This document shows positions 7,848 to 16,249 of a stretch of DNA of 61,919 bases, one piece after another. The stretch is from positions 1-61,919 of IMG/VR virus record IMGVR_UViG_3300048574_000485. The stretch is one strand, 5' to 3'. Each line of letters begins with the position of its first letter. Position 1 is the first letter of the stretch. The translations under genes were made by a program, and so were the position numbers. This DNA comes from a virus. Its lineage: Duplodnaviria > Caudoviricetes. The notes below the pieces were generated by a model. The model was given only the letters and a program-made list of their open reading frames with translations, did not search any database and was not told the origin of the DNA.

Positions 7848-10310
7848 CTAGACAGCCGTCATTTCAGGGGCACGAATCTTCACGGGTTCCGCACCGCCCT
7901 TCTTCTCAGCCCAGTTCTCCATGTGCTCAAACCACGTCATGCCGATCAAAGGCACCTTGGGTCGGTACGACTCCACGGTGACGCGAACCTTCTCGGTCAC
8001 GCTCGGGACCATGCGGGGATGTGTCGTCACCATCAGCTCGTCGTGGACGTTGAGCGGCGCTACCAGGAACTCGTGAGTGCCCGCAGGCTGGAGATCCCAG
8101 ACGGCCCGTTGAACGGACTTGGTAATCTGACCGCCGGGCGACTGAATCTCATGGTTTGCCGCTGCCCGCATGTTGTTGTTTTGGATCCCAAAGGCTGCTC
8201 CGTACAAGGCCGAGCTGACTGCCCCGCCTGCTGTCTGAACTCGATCCCGTCGCACGACCTTGATTGGGCAGTTCCGCCATTCCTTGGGCGGTTTCTGCGC
8301 CAAGTCAAAGACTGCCTTGCAGATCCGATTTTCGAGGGTGAAGTACCTGCAGAAACCTAGGAACGATTCGATGTAGTCAGCGGGCTCACCCCAAATCACC
8401 TGCCGATTGTCGAGCTGCTTGATTGAGCAGAACTTGTCGAACGTCCCCTGGCGTGCCCTGCTGATACCAGGGAACCAGCTGTACCAAGTCTCCTCAGCTT
8501 GTCTGGCCACCTCAGCCGCGATGCCGAATTTGCGTTGGAGAGTCTCCCAGTTGCCACCATAGATCATGGCGAATACGCCGCTCTTGGCCTTGCCATACAT
8601 GTCGTTGTCGGTGCCCGCGCTCTCGATGATCTCCTCGTAGGTGTGACCTGGGTACATCGCCATGCCGAACAAGGCGTGGATTTTCCGGCCTTTGAGCAGT
8701 TCGGCTCGCAGGGCCGGATCGTTGTACACCGCGTCGGCCAGCGTCACCTCGAAGCTGTCGAAGTCGCCGCCGCACAGCTGGTAGCCATCCCAGGCCAAGG
8801 GGAATTGCATCCGCACTTCCTTGGTCTTCTTGATGCCCTGAGCATTCAGACCGCCGTCACCTGACATACGAGAGGAGAGCGTGCCGATCACGTTGAACGC
8901 TGTGTGGAACCTGCCGGCGAAGAGGAGCTTGTTGTACAGCTCGACTTCCTTAACGGCTTCCTTGATCGCCAGCAGCTCCTTGGCTCGGATCGCAGCTGGA
9001 TGCGGCCCCGGTTTCAGGGAGCCACTCCCCTTGCACCGCTGGCAGACACACTCCTCGTAGGTGCCCGTGCCGTCACACTTGGTGCAGGATTCCTCCTCGG
9101 TCACCCGCCAGTTGTCCAGGATCCGAGCCTCGGGGAACTCGTCGGCATCCTGAACCTCGATCTGCCAATTCTTGATCGCGACCAGCTTGGCCTTCCGGGT
9201 GGTCTCCTCGATGAACACCTGCTCGGTGGCGTCCATCGTCGCGGACAGGTAGGCACGCACCTCGCTCGGCTTGTTGACATTCACCGGGCTGTCTTCAACC
9301 ACCTCCAGAGCGTGATCTCGCAGGGCTTTGATCCCCTCGATATCGATCTTGAACCCGCGCCAGCGGATCGCCGGGACCATGCAGGCCAGGATCGAATCGT
9401 CGTCCCCAGGCTCGGGGCTGCCGAAGTATTTATCCAACTCTCGGGTGTAGACGATGTCGTCCTTCGCATACTCCCTGGCGTCCTCCTCGGCTGCCCAGTA
9501 GTCGATGAACTGCTTGACCACCGCAGGCCACGCCCGTCCCAGGAGCTTATCCTTGCCGGTCTGACGGTGCTTCCCCCAGACCTCCCAGTTCTTTTCGGGG
9601 CAGCTGACATGCAGGGCGGTCGGAGCATAGCCCAACTCGTAGGGACGCCATTCAGTGGGTGGTTCGATGTCCTTGTAGTGAAACTTCGGGACGTACCCCA
9701 GGAGATGCTCGGCCAGAAACTTCAGGCCACCTGCCGGGCTGAAGCGGAGGCAGACATCCTTGAAGTCCCTTTCGGGGGTGCCGTCCTTCCTCTTGCGGTC
9801 AAGCACTTGCCAGCGAGGAGCATCAGGGTTGGCCCGGCGGGCAAAGTAGATCCCGTCGATCTGAACGCGCTTCTCCAACTCGGTGGCCAGGGGCTGGGCC
9901 AGAACGGCTGGTACACGGCGGATCCTGACATCCTCGCGGGCCATTAGGGACTGCATTGCCCCCTTGCGGGAGTGCAACATGAGGTCCAGGGCGCTGACAG
10001 GTTTCAGGCAGGGACCGTCCATCCCTCGCGGTTCCAGCTGAGCAATCTCCTCGATATGCTGCTCCGGGATCCAATCGCCAGGGCACAGCCGCCAGATCGT
10101 GTAGATCTTGCAGCAATGGAACCAGTCGAAGACCAGATTGAAGCCGACCACGGTGTTCGCGGCGATCCATTCCAGCAGTTCCAGGGTCTCACCGACCGGG
10201 TGCTTCCAGATGTCATAGAGACGGATTGGTCCGTCATCCACGGCATACTGAAGCAATACCGGCATCGAGTGCAGGCCACACGTTTCGCTATCGATATAGA
10301 TCTTGTGCAT
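7848..10310 (-). CDS. polA: family A DNA polymerase with 3'-5' exonuclease and zinc-finger insert
   Basis: ExoI IDSETCGL, ExoII GFNLVFD, ExoIII YAKDDI; motif A GDFDSFE, motif B AKSGVFAMIYG, ANHEIQS, motif C VHDEL. Confidence 0.92.
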   Translation of the reverse strand: MHKIYIDSETCGLHSMPVLLQYAVDDGPIRLYDIWKHPVGETLELLEWIAANTVVGFNLVFDWFHCCKIYTIWRLCPGDWIPEQHIEEIAQLEPRGMDGPCLKPVSALDLMLHSRKGAMQSLMAREDVRIRRVPAVLAQPLATELEKRVQIDGIYFARRANPDAPRWQVLDRKRKDGTPERDFKDVCLRFSPAGGLKFLAEHLLGYVPKFHYKDIEPPTEWRPYELGYAPTALHVSCPEKNWEVWGKHRQTGKDKLLGRAWPAVVKQFIDYWAAEEDAREYAKDDIVYTRELDKYFGSPEPGDDDSILACMVPAIRWRGFKIDIEGIKALRDHALEVVEDSPVNVNKPSEVRAYLSATMDATEQVFIEETTRKAKLVAIKNWQIEVQDADEFPEARILDNWRVTEEESCTKCDGTGTYEECVCQRCKGSGSLKPGPHPAAIRAKELLAIKEAVKEVELYNKLLFAGRFHTAFNVIGTLSSRMSGDGGLNAQGIKKTKEVRMQFPLAWDGYQLCGGDFDSFEVTLADAVYNDPALRAELLKGRKIHALFGMAMYPGHTYEEIIESAGTDNDMYGKAKSGVFAMIYGGNWETLQRKFGIAAEVARQAEETWYSWFPGISRARQGTFDKFCSIKQLDNRQVIWGEPADYIESFLGFCRYFTLENRICKAVFDLAQKPPKEWRNCPIKVVRRDRVQTAGGAVSSALYGAAFGIQNNNMRAAANHEIQSPGGQITKSVQRAVWDLQPAGTHEFLVAPLNVHDELMVTTHPRMVPSVTEKVRVTVESYRPKVPLIGMTWFEHMENWAEKKGGAEPVKIRAPEMTAV

Positions 10311-10327
10311 CTCTCACCATAAAAGAG

Positions 10328-10456
10328 GGGGCTTCAGCATCGTCGCATGGCTTCCCTGGCATGCCACGCGAGGTTGACCGTTACGCCCGCCTACAGACAT
10401 CCCAGTCACCCGCCATGCGGTTATGGGTTCAGCGCTCACACGCACGCCGAAGCCCC
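10328..10456 (-). ncRNA. candidate structured RNA in the polA leader
   Basis: 13-bp closing stem with G-U pairs enclosing a GNRA-capped hairpin and a 9-bp hairpin; fills the intergenic gap. Confidence 0.55.
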
Positions 10457-10462
10457 TATCGA

Positions 10463-10831
10463 TCAGAACACGTCGTAGTGCCAGCCGTCGCCGTACACGC
10501 TGGCCGATACAGCCGAGGTGGCTTGGAAGGTCATGTCTGGGAACCGCAGTTCCATTTTCATCGCTTTGCCGATCCACCGGGGAATGGACACGCGGCGGTC
10601 GTGGACAAAGGTCGATTGAAGGAACTTGCCGACCCGCTTGTTCTTCAAGTGGGGGTCAGTTGCCGACATCCGCACAACGCCTTCCACGGGGTTCAGAACG
10701 GTCAACTCGTAGATCGCTCCTTCGGTCTCCACCAAGACAACATTCCCGGCCGCTAGCCGGGTGATATTGATCCCCGGTTGAGACTTCAGGGCTGCGGTGA
10801 TCTCACTCGGATTGGGGCGATTGCGTTCCAT
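10463..10831 (-). CDS. hypothetical protein (122 aa)
   Basis: MERNRPNPSE ORF overlapping the end of the ParB gene. Confidence 0.65.
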   Translation of the reverse strand: MERNRPNPSEITAALKSQPGINITRLAAGNVVLVETEGAIYELTVLNPVEGVVRMSATDPHLKNKRVGKFLQSTFVHDRRVSIPRWIGKAMKMELRFPDMTFQATSAVSASVYGDGWHYDVF

Positions 10832-11654
10832 CGCTAGTTCTCTTCTCAACTTCCTGTTGGATGTCTTGCTCGAGCTCGTCGTCCCGGACATACCCGGCAG
10901 CCCACGCCAGCGCTCGGGGAGGCAGTCCTCCGATCCCCAGGTCTAGCATCCGGGTGATCACCTTGCGGATCTGGTCCTTCGTTCTGCGATACCGGAAACT
11001 GCGGCAGTACGCAGGATCGAGATGGGCTAGCGACTTGGTCTTGCCTCGCTCTCTTACCCGACCAATCTCGTTCGCCGCTTTCAGTTGTTCTTCTGGGTCT
11101 TCGATTGCGAGGATGGTTTCCAGATTCACGGCACTCAGGAGGCCTGCACTGGCCTTGGCCTGGATCTCCTCGGGTAGCTGCAACAGACGCAACCGGATGT
11201 GGACCCATCGTGTTGGCCGCTTCAGCTCCCTGGCCGCTTCACGTAGCGATACCCCATTGGGGTACAAATTGCGGATCGCCTTGGCCTCCTCCAGGATATT
11301 CAAGTCGCTGCGTTCGAGGTTTTCGGCAAAGTTGATCAACCGGGCATCCCGCTCAGACAGCCCGTGCCGGATGCTCGCCGGGACGGTCTGCCAGGACAAA
11401 AAGAGCATGACTGCCTTGAACCTTCGGTGCCCAGCGATGAGTCGGTACTCCCGCCCATCCGGCAGGCCACCTTCGATGTCACCTGCAGGCTGCACGGTCA
11501 CCGGGAAATTCAGCCCGATCTGTCGGATGCTTTCCGAAAGATCTCGGATCGATTCCAGGGTGAAGGCACCACGACAGTTGAAGGAACTGTCGTAGTAGAT
11601 CTTCTCCACGGGGATATCGTACACGTCGTATTGTTCCAGCCGTTTCATGTTCAT
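10803..11654 (-). CDS. ParB/Srx-family protein 1
   Basis: LSESIRQIGLNFPVTV, LIAGHRRFKA, ENLERSDL, HTH AARELKRPTRWV. Confidence 0.88.
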   Translation of the reverse strand: MNMKRLEQYDVYDIPVEKIYYDSSFNCRGAFTLESIRDLSESIRQIGLNFPVTVQPAGDIEGGLPDGREYRLIAGHRRFKAVMLFLSWQTVPASIRHGLSERDARLINFAENLERSDLNILEEAKAIRNLYPNGVSLREAARELKRPTRWVHIRLRLLQLPEEIQAKASAGLLSAVNLETILAIEDPEEQLKAANEIGRVRERGKTKSLAHLDPAYCRSFRYRRTKDQIRKVITRMLDLGIGGLPPRALAWAAGYVRDDELEQDIQQEVEKRTSDGTQSPQSE

Positions 11655-11657
11655 ACG

Positions 11658-11730
11658 CGGCGGTGTCTGGGCTCGAACCAGAAACCCTCCGATTAACAGT
11701 CAGATGGCCTACCCATTGAGCTACACCGCA
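11658..11730 (-). tRNA. tRNA-Asn(GTT), imperfect
   Basis: GCGGTG/CACCGC acceptor, TCTGA-CTGTTAA-TCGGA anticodon arm, TCTGG-TTCGAGC-CCAGA T arm, G discriminator; 1:72 mismatch, weak D stem, no CCA. Confidence 0.75.
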
Positions 11731-11736
11731 GAGGCC

Positions 11737-11982
11737 TCACAGACCGTGATGGAGTTTCAACTCATCCAGGGCACTCCGTAGCCCGGAGGGCTCGATGTGG
11801 TCAACCCGTTCGACCAGGATATCGTCGATCGCATAGACGCGTCCCAGCCACATGTTCCAGACCACAAAGTGCCGCTGCCCCTGTCGGTCCCAGTAGCGGC
11901 ACCGATACGTCAGCGGCAAGAGTTGTTTCAGCCCCCACCAGACTCGCCCGAGGATCGCAGTAAAGAGTTTCATCGTTTCCAC
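11737..11982 (-). CDS. hypothetical protein (about 80 aa)
   Basis: ORF abutting the phosphoesterase stop. Confidence 0.6.
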   Translation of the reverse strand: METMKLFTAILGRVWWGLKQLLPLTYRCRYWDRQGQRHFVVWNMWLGRVYAIDDILVERVDHIEPSGLRSALDELKLHHGL

Positions 11983-13305
11983 CTATTGCAGAAGCGGCCC
12001 GACATCCCGACCGCCATCGATCAGGTACCGCTGTGGTCCGCTTGCCTCGCCGGAATGCTTCAGCTTTACATTGAGCCGCCAAGTGATTCCGTACTTAGGA
12101 TTCACGCCGTGACACCATTGTGAGGGCTCGCGGTAGCCGGTCAGTGCGTTGTAGGAAAACGCATCCGTCGCAACCCACGCACCATTGACCAGCAGTTCGC
12201 CGTCAATGTCAGAGAGGCTGGATGCCGTGTGGTGATGCCCGACGCAGAAATACCGGGGCCGGAGGCCGCCGCGTACGGCGCCCAGAGCGATCAGTCCGCG
12301 TTGTCGCCGGGTCATGCCGTACCAGGGGATCGCCATGTTGCTGCGCACGTCGTCCCCATGGGAGACATGGAAGCCCACTCCGTTGATCTCGACGTTGGCG
12401 ATCCAGGCGTTCGGAATCAGGAAGTTGACGTTTTCCAGGCCTTGACAGTGCAACCGAGATGTCTCGGCAACGAGGTAGTCCCAATTGTCGTGCGCCCCGT
12501 GATAGTCCTTCTTGTTGGTTCGCCGTCCATGGTTGCCAGCCAGATAAAGGACGTTCACCGTCTCGAAATGGGCCGCCAGATCGCGGTACATCAGACCGTG
12601 AAGCTGGCCAATGGCTAGGCAGTTCTTGAATTGGTTGCGGTAGTACGACCGCTGGACCGCACCATGGATCTCGCCTGAGCTGAAGTCGCCGTAGGCCAGT
12701 ACCCACAAGACGGGGAAATGGAACGTGGGGGACAGCGTGTTCTGCGTCCAGTCGAGTACTCGGTCCACATACCGCTCGGCCCGAGCACAACTGACGAGGA
12801 AATTGTGATCCTCCAGACCGTCGCACTCTTCAGGCGTGACCACGGCATCGTGGTGCCCGTCCGACATATGGAGCACGCAATGTTCCGTGATCCGGCCGTT
12901 GGGAACAGTAGAGGTCCAGGCCGGCGGCAACGGCTCCAGGCGGCTAATCCTACCGTCCATCTCATGGACGATAGCCTTGAACAGGCCTGCGACCTTGGCG
13001 TTTGCCTTGACCCGTTTTGTCTCGCGGGCCAGCTCATCCTTGAGATGAATGACCTCGCTCTCCAGTTCCAGGATCCGCTCGTCAGTCGGATCGTGCAGGA
13101 CGGTCTTCCGCTGGCCACCCGGCTTTCGGCTCGGTGGTGTTACCCCATCAGGCCAGGGGACTGACGCATGGGCTCGGCCATTGGCGATGTCACTCACCAG
13201 AGAGCGGCTGATGCCGTACTTCGTAGCGAGTTGCGGCTGGGTGAACCGGCCGCTCGCCAGATCGGCCTTCAGCTGGGCCACCTTCTTTTCCGTCAGGGTG
13301 CGCAT
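11983..13305 (-). CDS. HTH + coiled coil + calcineurin-like metallophosphoesterase
   Basis: TQPQLATKYGISRSLVSDI; SDGH, YGDF, GNHGR, SHGD, GHHH. Confidence 0.82.
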   Translation of the reverse strand: MRTLTEKKVAQLKADLASGRFTQPQLATKYGISRSLVSDIANGRAHASVPWPDGVTPPSRKPGGQRKTVLHDPTDERILELESEVIHLKDELARETKRVKANAKVAGLFKAIVHEMDGRISRLEPLPPAWTSTVPNGRITEHCVLHMSDGHHDAVVTPEECDGLEDHNFLVSCARAERYVDRVLDWTQNTLSPTFHFPVLWVLAYGDFSSGEIHGAVQRSYYRNQFKNCLAIGQLHGLMYRDLAAHFETVNVLYLAGNHGRRTNKKDYHGAHDNWDYLVAETSRLHCQGLENVNFLIPNAWIANVEINGVGFHVSHGDDVRSNMAIPWYGMTRRQRGLIALGAVRGGLRPRYFCVGHHHTASSLSDIDGELLVNGAWVATDAFSYNALTGYREPSQWCHGVNPKYGITWRLNVKLKHSGEASGPQRYLIDGGRDVGPLLQ

Positions 13306-13343
13306 AGGATCCCTTCCATGGGAACGAATTCAGGGGCCGAGGC

Positions 13344-15296
13344 TTACGCGGCTTCCGCGACCGTGTTGTCGAAAGAGCCAGTCACCTCTCCCAACGTCAG
13401 CAGCTCCAACCTGCGGTTCTCGCGGATCACATCGAGCACTTTCTGGTCAGTGGGCAGGTGGATCAGATCCACGATGGTGCAGCCCAGATTTTCATCCATA
13501 CCTTTGCGGTGGATGCGGTCCTCGGACTGGACCCTGTATTCCGGCTTGAAGGAATTGGACCAGTAGACTGCCATACGGGCCTCGACCAAAGTTAGGGACA
13601 TGCCACCGGACTCAGGGTGGGCCACAAAGGCGACCCGAGGATTGCCCTCTAGGTCCGACCAGTAATCCAGGGGCGCGACTTCGCGGCAGACCTTGCCCTC
13701 ATGGGTGATCGCCGTGAAGCCATGACCGTCGCACCTGACAACATCCCACCCCTCTCGTTGGCAGATCCCTACGACCCGGTCGACGCTCCCGGTGAACCCG
13801 GCGAACACGACAACTCGCCCCACTTCCTCGTTCTCGTCCAGCAGTTCCTTAAGCGCCGCTTCCTTCGGGCAGGGAACCTCACGGGCCATCCGTGTGAGCT
13901 TTGCGACCTCGCCGGATCCATCGCACCTGGGACAGGGCACCTCCTGCTTTTCCAACCGGGAGACCAACTCAGGGTCGAGCAGATCGGTCGTTTGGTAGAC
14001 CCGCCCAGAGTCGTCCGGGTCGTACCACTCCTCCACCACGCCCTTACTGTCGGGGCAGTGAGGGCACTTCATCACGCCATCCGGCACCTCTCGGTATTGG
14101 AAGCCGTCGCTCAGCTCGCGGAGTAGTGTCAGAGCAGTCACGGAATTGGCGGCGGAATTCACCAGTGCCTGGGCAACTCGCAGCGTGCTGGGAGTTGGCG
14201 TGCACTGAACGACGCGATAGCGTTTGTCCGGCAGCGTCAAGCAGTCCTTCTTGTGCTTGACGACAACCAGACCGCGCAGGCGTTCGTAGAGGTAGGCAAC
14301 CTCATTGATGCTGAGGACGAACTCGTGGTAGTCCTCGGGCTCGGTGACACCGTCCAGCTCATGCGGACCTTCCAGGATCGTCATGCCGCAGACGTTGCAC
14401 TTGTGAGCGTCATCCTTCCAGTTGCGGAGAGTCTGTCTTGCTCCCTGCCCAAAATCACGCTCGGCAAAGAATCCGAGCCGCCGCTTGAGAGCCTCCGCGC
14501 TTCCCTCTCGAAGGAAACCGGGCCATGCGATCTCGCACAGACTCCACCAGTCGGCGGGGCTCTTCGGACTCGGAGTCCCCGTCATCAGGATCACGTAGCC
14601 GTCATCGCCATAGACTTTGCGGATCATGTCGGCCAGTTTCTGAGCGGACTGGGACCGCTGTCGATTCCAGGTCTTCAGGCGGCTGGCCTCGTCAAAAATG
14701 ACACCTTGTGGAACCTCCTGGCCCGGTTTCCATTCGTCCATCACGCGGACCAGCGACTCATAGGTCATCATCTCGACACGGAGGGCCGGATCGATTCCCC
14801 AGATACGGAACTCTCTGGCAATGTTCGGCAAGGAACTCCTTGGTCCCACCCAATACCATAACTGTGCCGTAGACTGCTCCATGGTCTCCTGGGCAGCCAG
14901 CGTCTTGCCGACCCCCATTTCCGCTGCCCAGATCTGGTAGTGGTACGTCAGGCCTGAGTCGGCCAGATCGCACTGATGCGGCATCAGGGGGCGACGGTAA
15001 GTGTGCCGCTCCAACGGACGGTCGAACCACTCGTAGACGTTCTCGCCCTGGAGATACCGCAGCTGGAACAGGTTCCTCGGGCAGTTGGCAACCGACCAGA
15101 CCTTCTCGGGTTTCTCCTCATCGAAGCCGTGCCAACGAGATCCGGCCATCGCCTTGATCTCGTCCTTCAAGCTGAAGGGAGATTTCCTGAAGACGATCCG
15201 ACTGCCTCGGAACTCCAGGATCACCGGAACCTTGATCAGAGACCCTTTGGAGGTCTGAGTGATGAACTTGGTATGAAGAATCTGACCTTCGGCCAT
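13344..15296 (-). CDS. SNF2-like SF2 helicase with CxxC inserts
   Basis: EMGVGKT, FDEAS, MTGTP, SGGMSLTL, QSEDRIHRKG. Confidence 0.9.
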   Translation of the reverse strand: MAEGQILHTKFITQTSKGSLIKVPVILEFRGSRIVFRKSPFSLKDEIKAMAGSRWHGFDEEKPEKVWSVANCPRNLFQLRYLQGENVYEWFDRPLERHTYRRPLMPHQCDLADSGLTYHYQIWAAEMGVGKTLAAQETMEQSTAQLWYWVGPRSSLPNIAREFRIWGIDPALRVEMMTYESLVRVMDEWKPGQEVPQGVIFDEASRLKTWNRQRSQSAQKLADMIRKVYGDDGYVILMTGTPSPKSPADWWSLCEIAWPGFLREGSAEALKRRLGFFAERDFGQGARQTLRNWKDDAHKCNVCGMTILEGPHELDGVTEPEDYHEFVLSINEVAYLYERLRGLVVVKHKKDCLTLPDKRYRVVQCTPTPSTLRVAQALVNSAANSVTALTLLRELSDGFQYREVPDGVMKCPHCPDSKGVVEEWYDPDDSGRVYQTTDLLDPELVSRLEKQEVPCPRCDGSGEVAKLTRMAREVPCPKEAALKELLDENEEVGRVVVFAGFTGSVDRVVGICQREGWDVVRCDGHGFTAITHEGKVCREVAPLDYWSDLEGNPRVAFVAHPESGGMSLTLVEARMAVYWSNSFKPEYRVQSEDRIHRKGMDENLGCTIVDLIHLPTDQKVLDVIRENRRLELLTLGEVTGSFDNTVAEAA

Positions 15297-15820
15297 TATC
15301 GCCCTCGCTTGTCTTCAAGAAGCAACGTGTGGTCGTTCGCCTGCCTCCGGCGGTAATCACCCCACACATTGATGCCCATGCCCTCGAAGATTATGAGGAT
15401 CTTGTTGAAGCATGCTCTCACGCCGGTCTTTACGTCTGGGCGTGCCCCCGACACCACGGCGTCTCGCCACTGGGCCAGGGTGCCAGTCACCGCCGCAACG
15501 TACACCCCTCGGGCCACCGTTTCGGCGATGACGAATGGCAGGCCTGCCGCACACTGCAGGATGTCGACCATGTCCCGCTCATCAGCGAGGATGAGCAGAC
15601 TGAACGACACATGCGCCATCAGATGCGGGGAGACAGCCACGGGGGCCTGCGGGTCCCGCATCGCCGCCAGGCACGATAGGAAGCGTGCGGCCTCCGAGAG
15701 TGCCCGTCGACTGGCATCCGCAGCAGCCGCGGGGCTGTAGCCCAACACCTTGCATGCGGCGTCGAGAAACCTCGCGTAGTCGACACTGGGTTGTTGAATG
15801 AGAATCACGTCAGGTTGCAT
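15296..15820 (-). CDS. hypothetical protein, possible degenerate ThyX fold
   Basis: LMAHVSFSLLI and VTGTLAQWRDAV resemble ThyX segments; no RHRx7S signature. Confidence 0.4.
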   Translation of the reverse strand: MQPDVILIQQPSVDYARFLDAACKVLGYSPAAAADASRRALSEAARFLSCLAAMRDPQAPVAVSPHLMAHVSFSLLILADERDMVDILQCAAGLPFVIAETVARGVYVAAVTGTLAQWRDAVVSGARPDVKTGVRACFNKILIIFEGMGINVWGDYRRRQANDHTLLLEDKRGR

Positions 15821-15835
15821 GGAACACCTTCAAAG

Positions 15836-15949
15836 GGACGCTGCCAGGATTTGAACCTGGACCTGAGACCGAATAGCGAGTCCGTACATGTCGCCCGTTG
15901 TCATCGGGGCACCTCGTCAGTCAGCGTGCTACTTACACCACTAGCGTCC
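15836..15949 (-). ncRNA. tRNA-like RNA (114 nt) with enlarged anticodon arm
   Basis: GGACGCT/AGCGTCC acceptor, GTGT-AAGTA-GCAC D arm, CCAGG-TTCAAAT-CCTGG T arm, about 40 extra nt between. Confidence 0.7.
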
Positions 15950-16065
15950 AAATGGGGTCGCTCTGCGGGAGTGTGGAGAAGCGAGACACACCGCCGCTGT
16001 CGGGCGAGCGACCAAAAGACCGGCACTTTGACCTCCAAGTGCATAGGGTTGATTCCAACGACAAA

Positions 16066-16161
16066 GGGCGGGACTCGTCAGCTGGAAAATCCGTTTTCCG
16101 TCATGTTGGACATCCGGCCTCTTGCCGAATTGCTTCGATCGCAACCTGACGAGTCCCGCCC
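16066..16161 (-). ncRNA. multibranch structured element closed by a perfect 16-bp stem
   Basis: GGGCGGGACTCGTCAG/CTGACGAGTCCCGCCC enclosing four short hairpins. Confidence 0.55.
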
Positions 16162-16249
16162 AATCGCGCTGAAGGCCTGTGCATTCGAGGTGCATCATCA
16201 GGCCCATACAAAGCTAACGTAAAAAGGGGCTCCGACCTGTCACAGGTTT

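Noticed and set aside
10328-10456. Cobalamin riboswitch or SRP RNA
   Set aside because: Only a GGGAAG fragment matches; other conserved elements are absent and it is not upstream of nrdJ
15836-15949. tmRNA or tRNA-Sec
   Set aside because: No G3-U70 pair or tag ORF; no UCA anticodon or long D stem
16146-16204. Hammerhead ribozyme (CUGACGA / CUGAUGA cores)
   Set aside because: No GAAA after stem II on either strand
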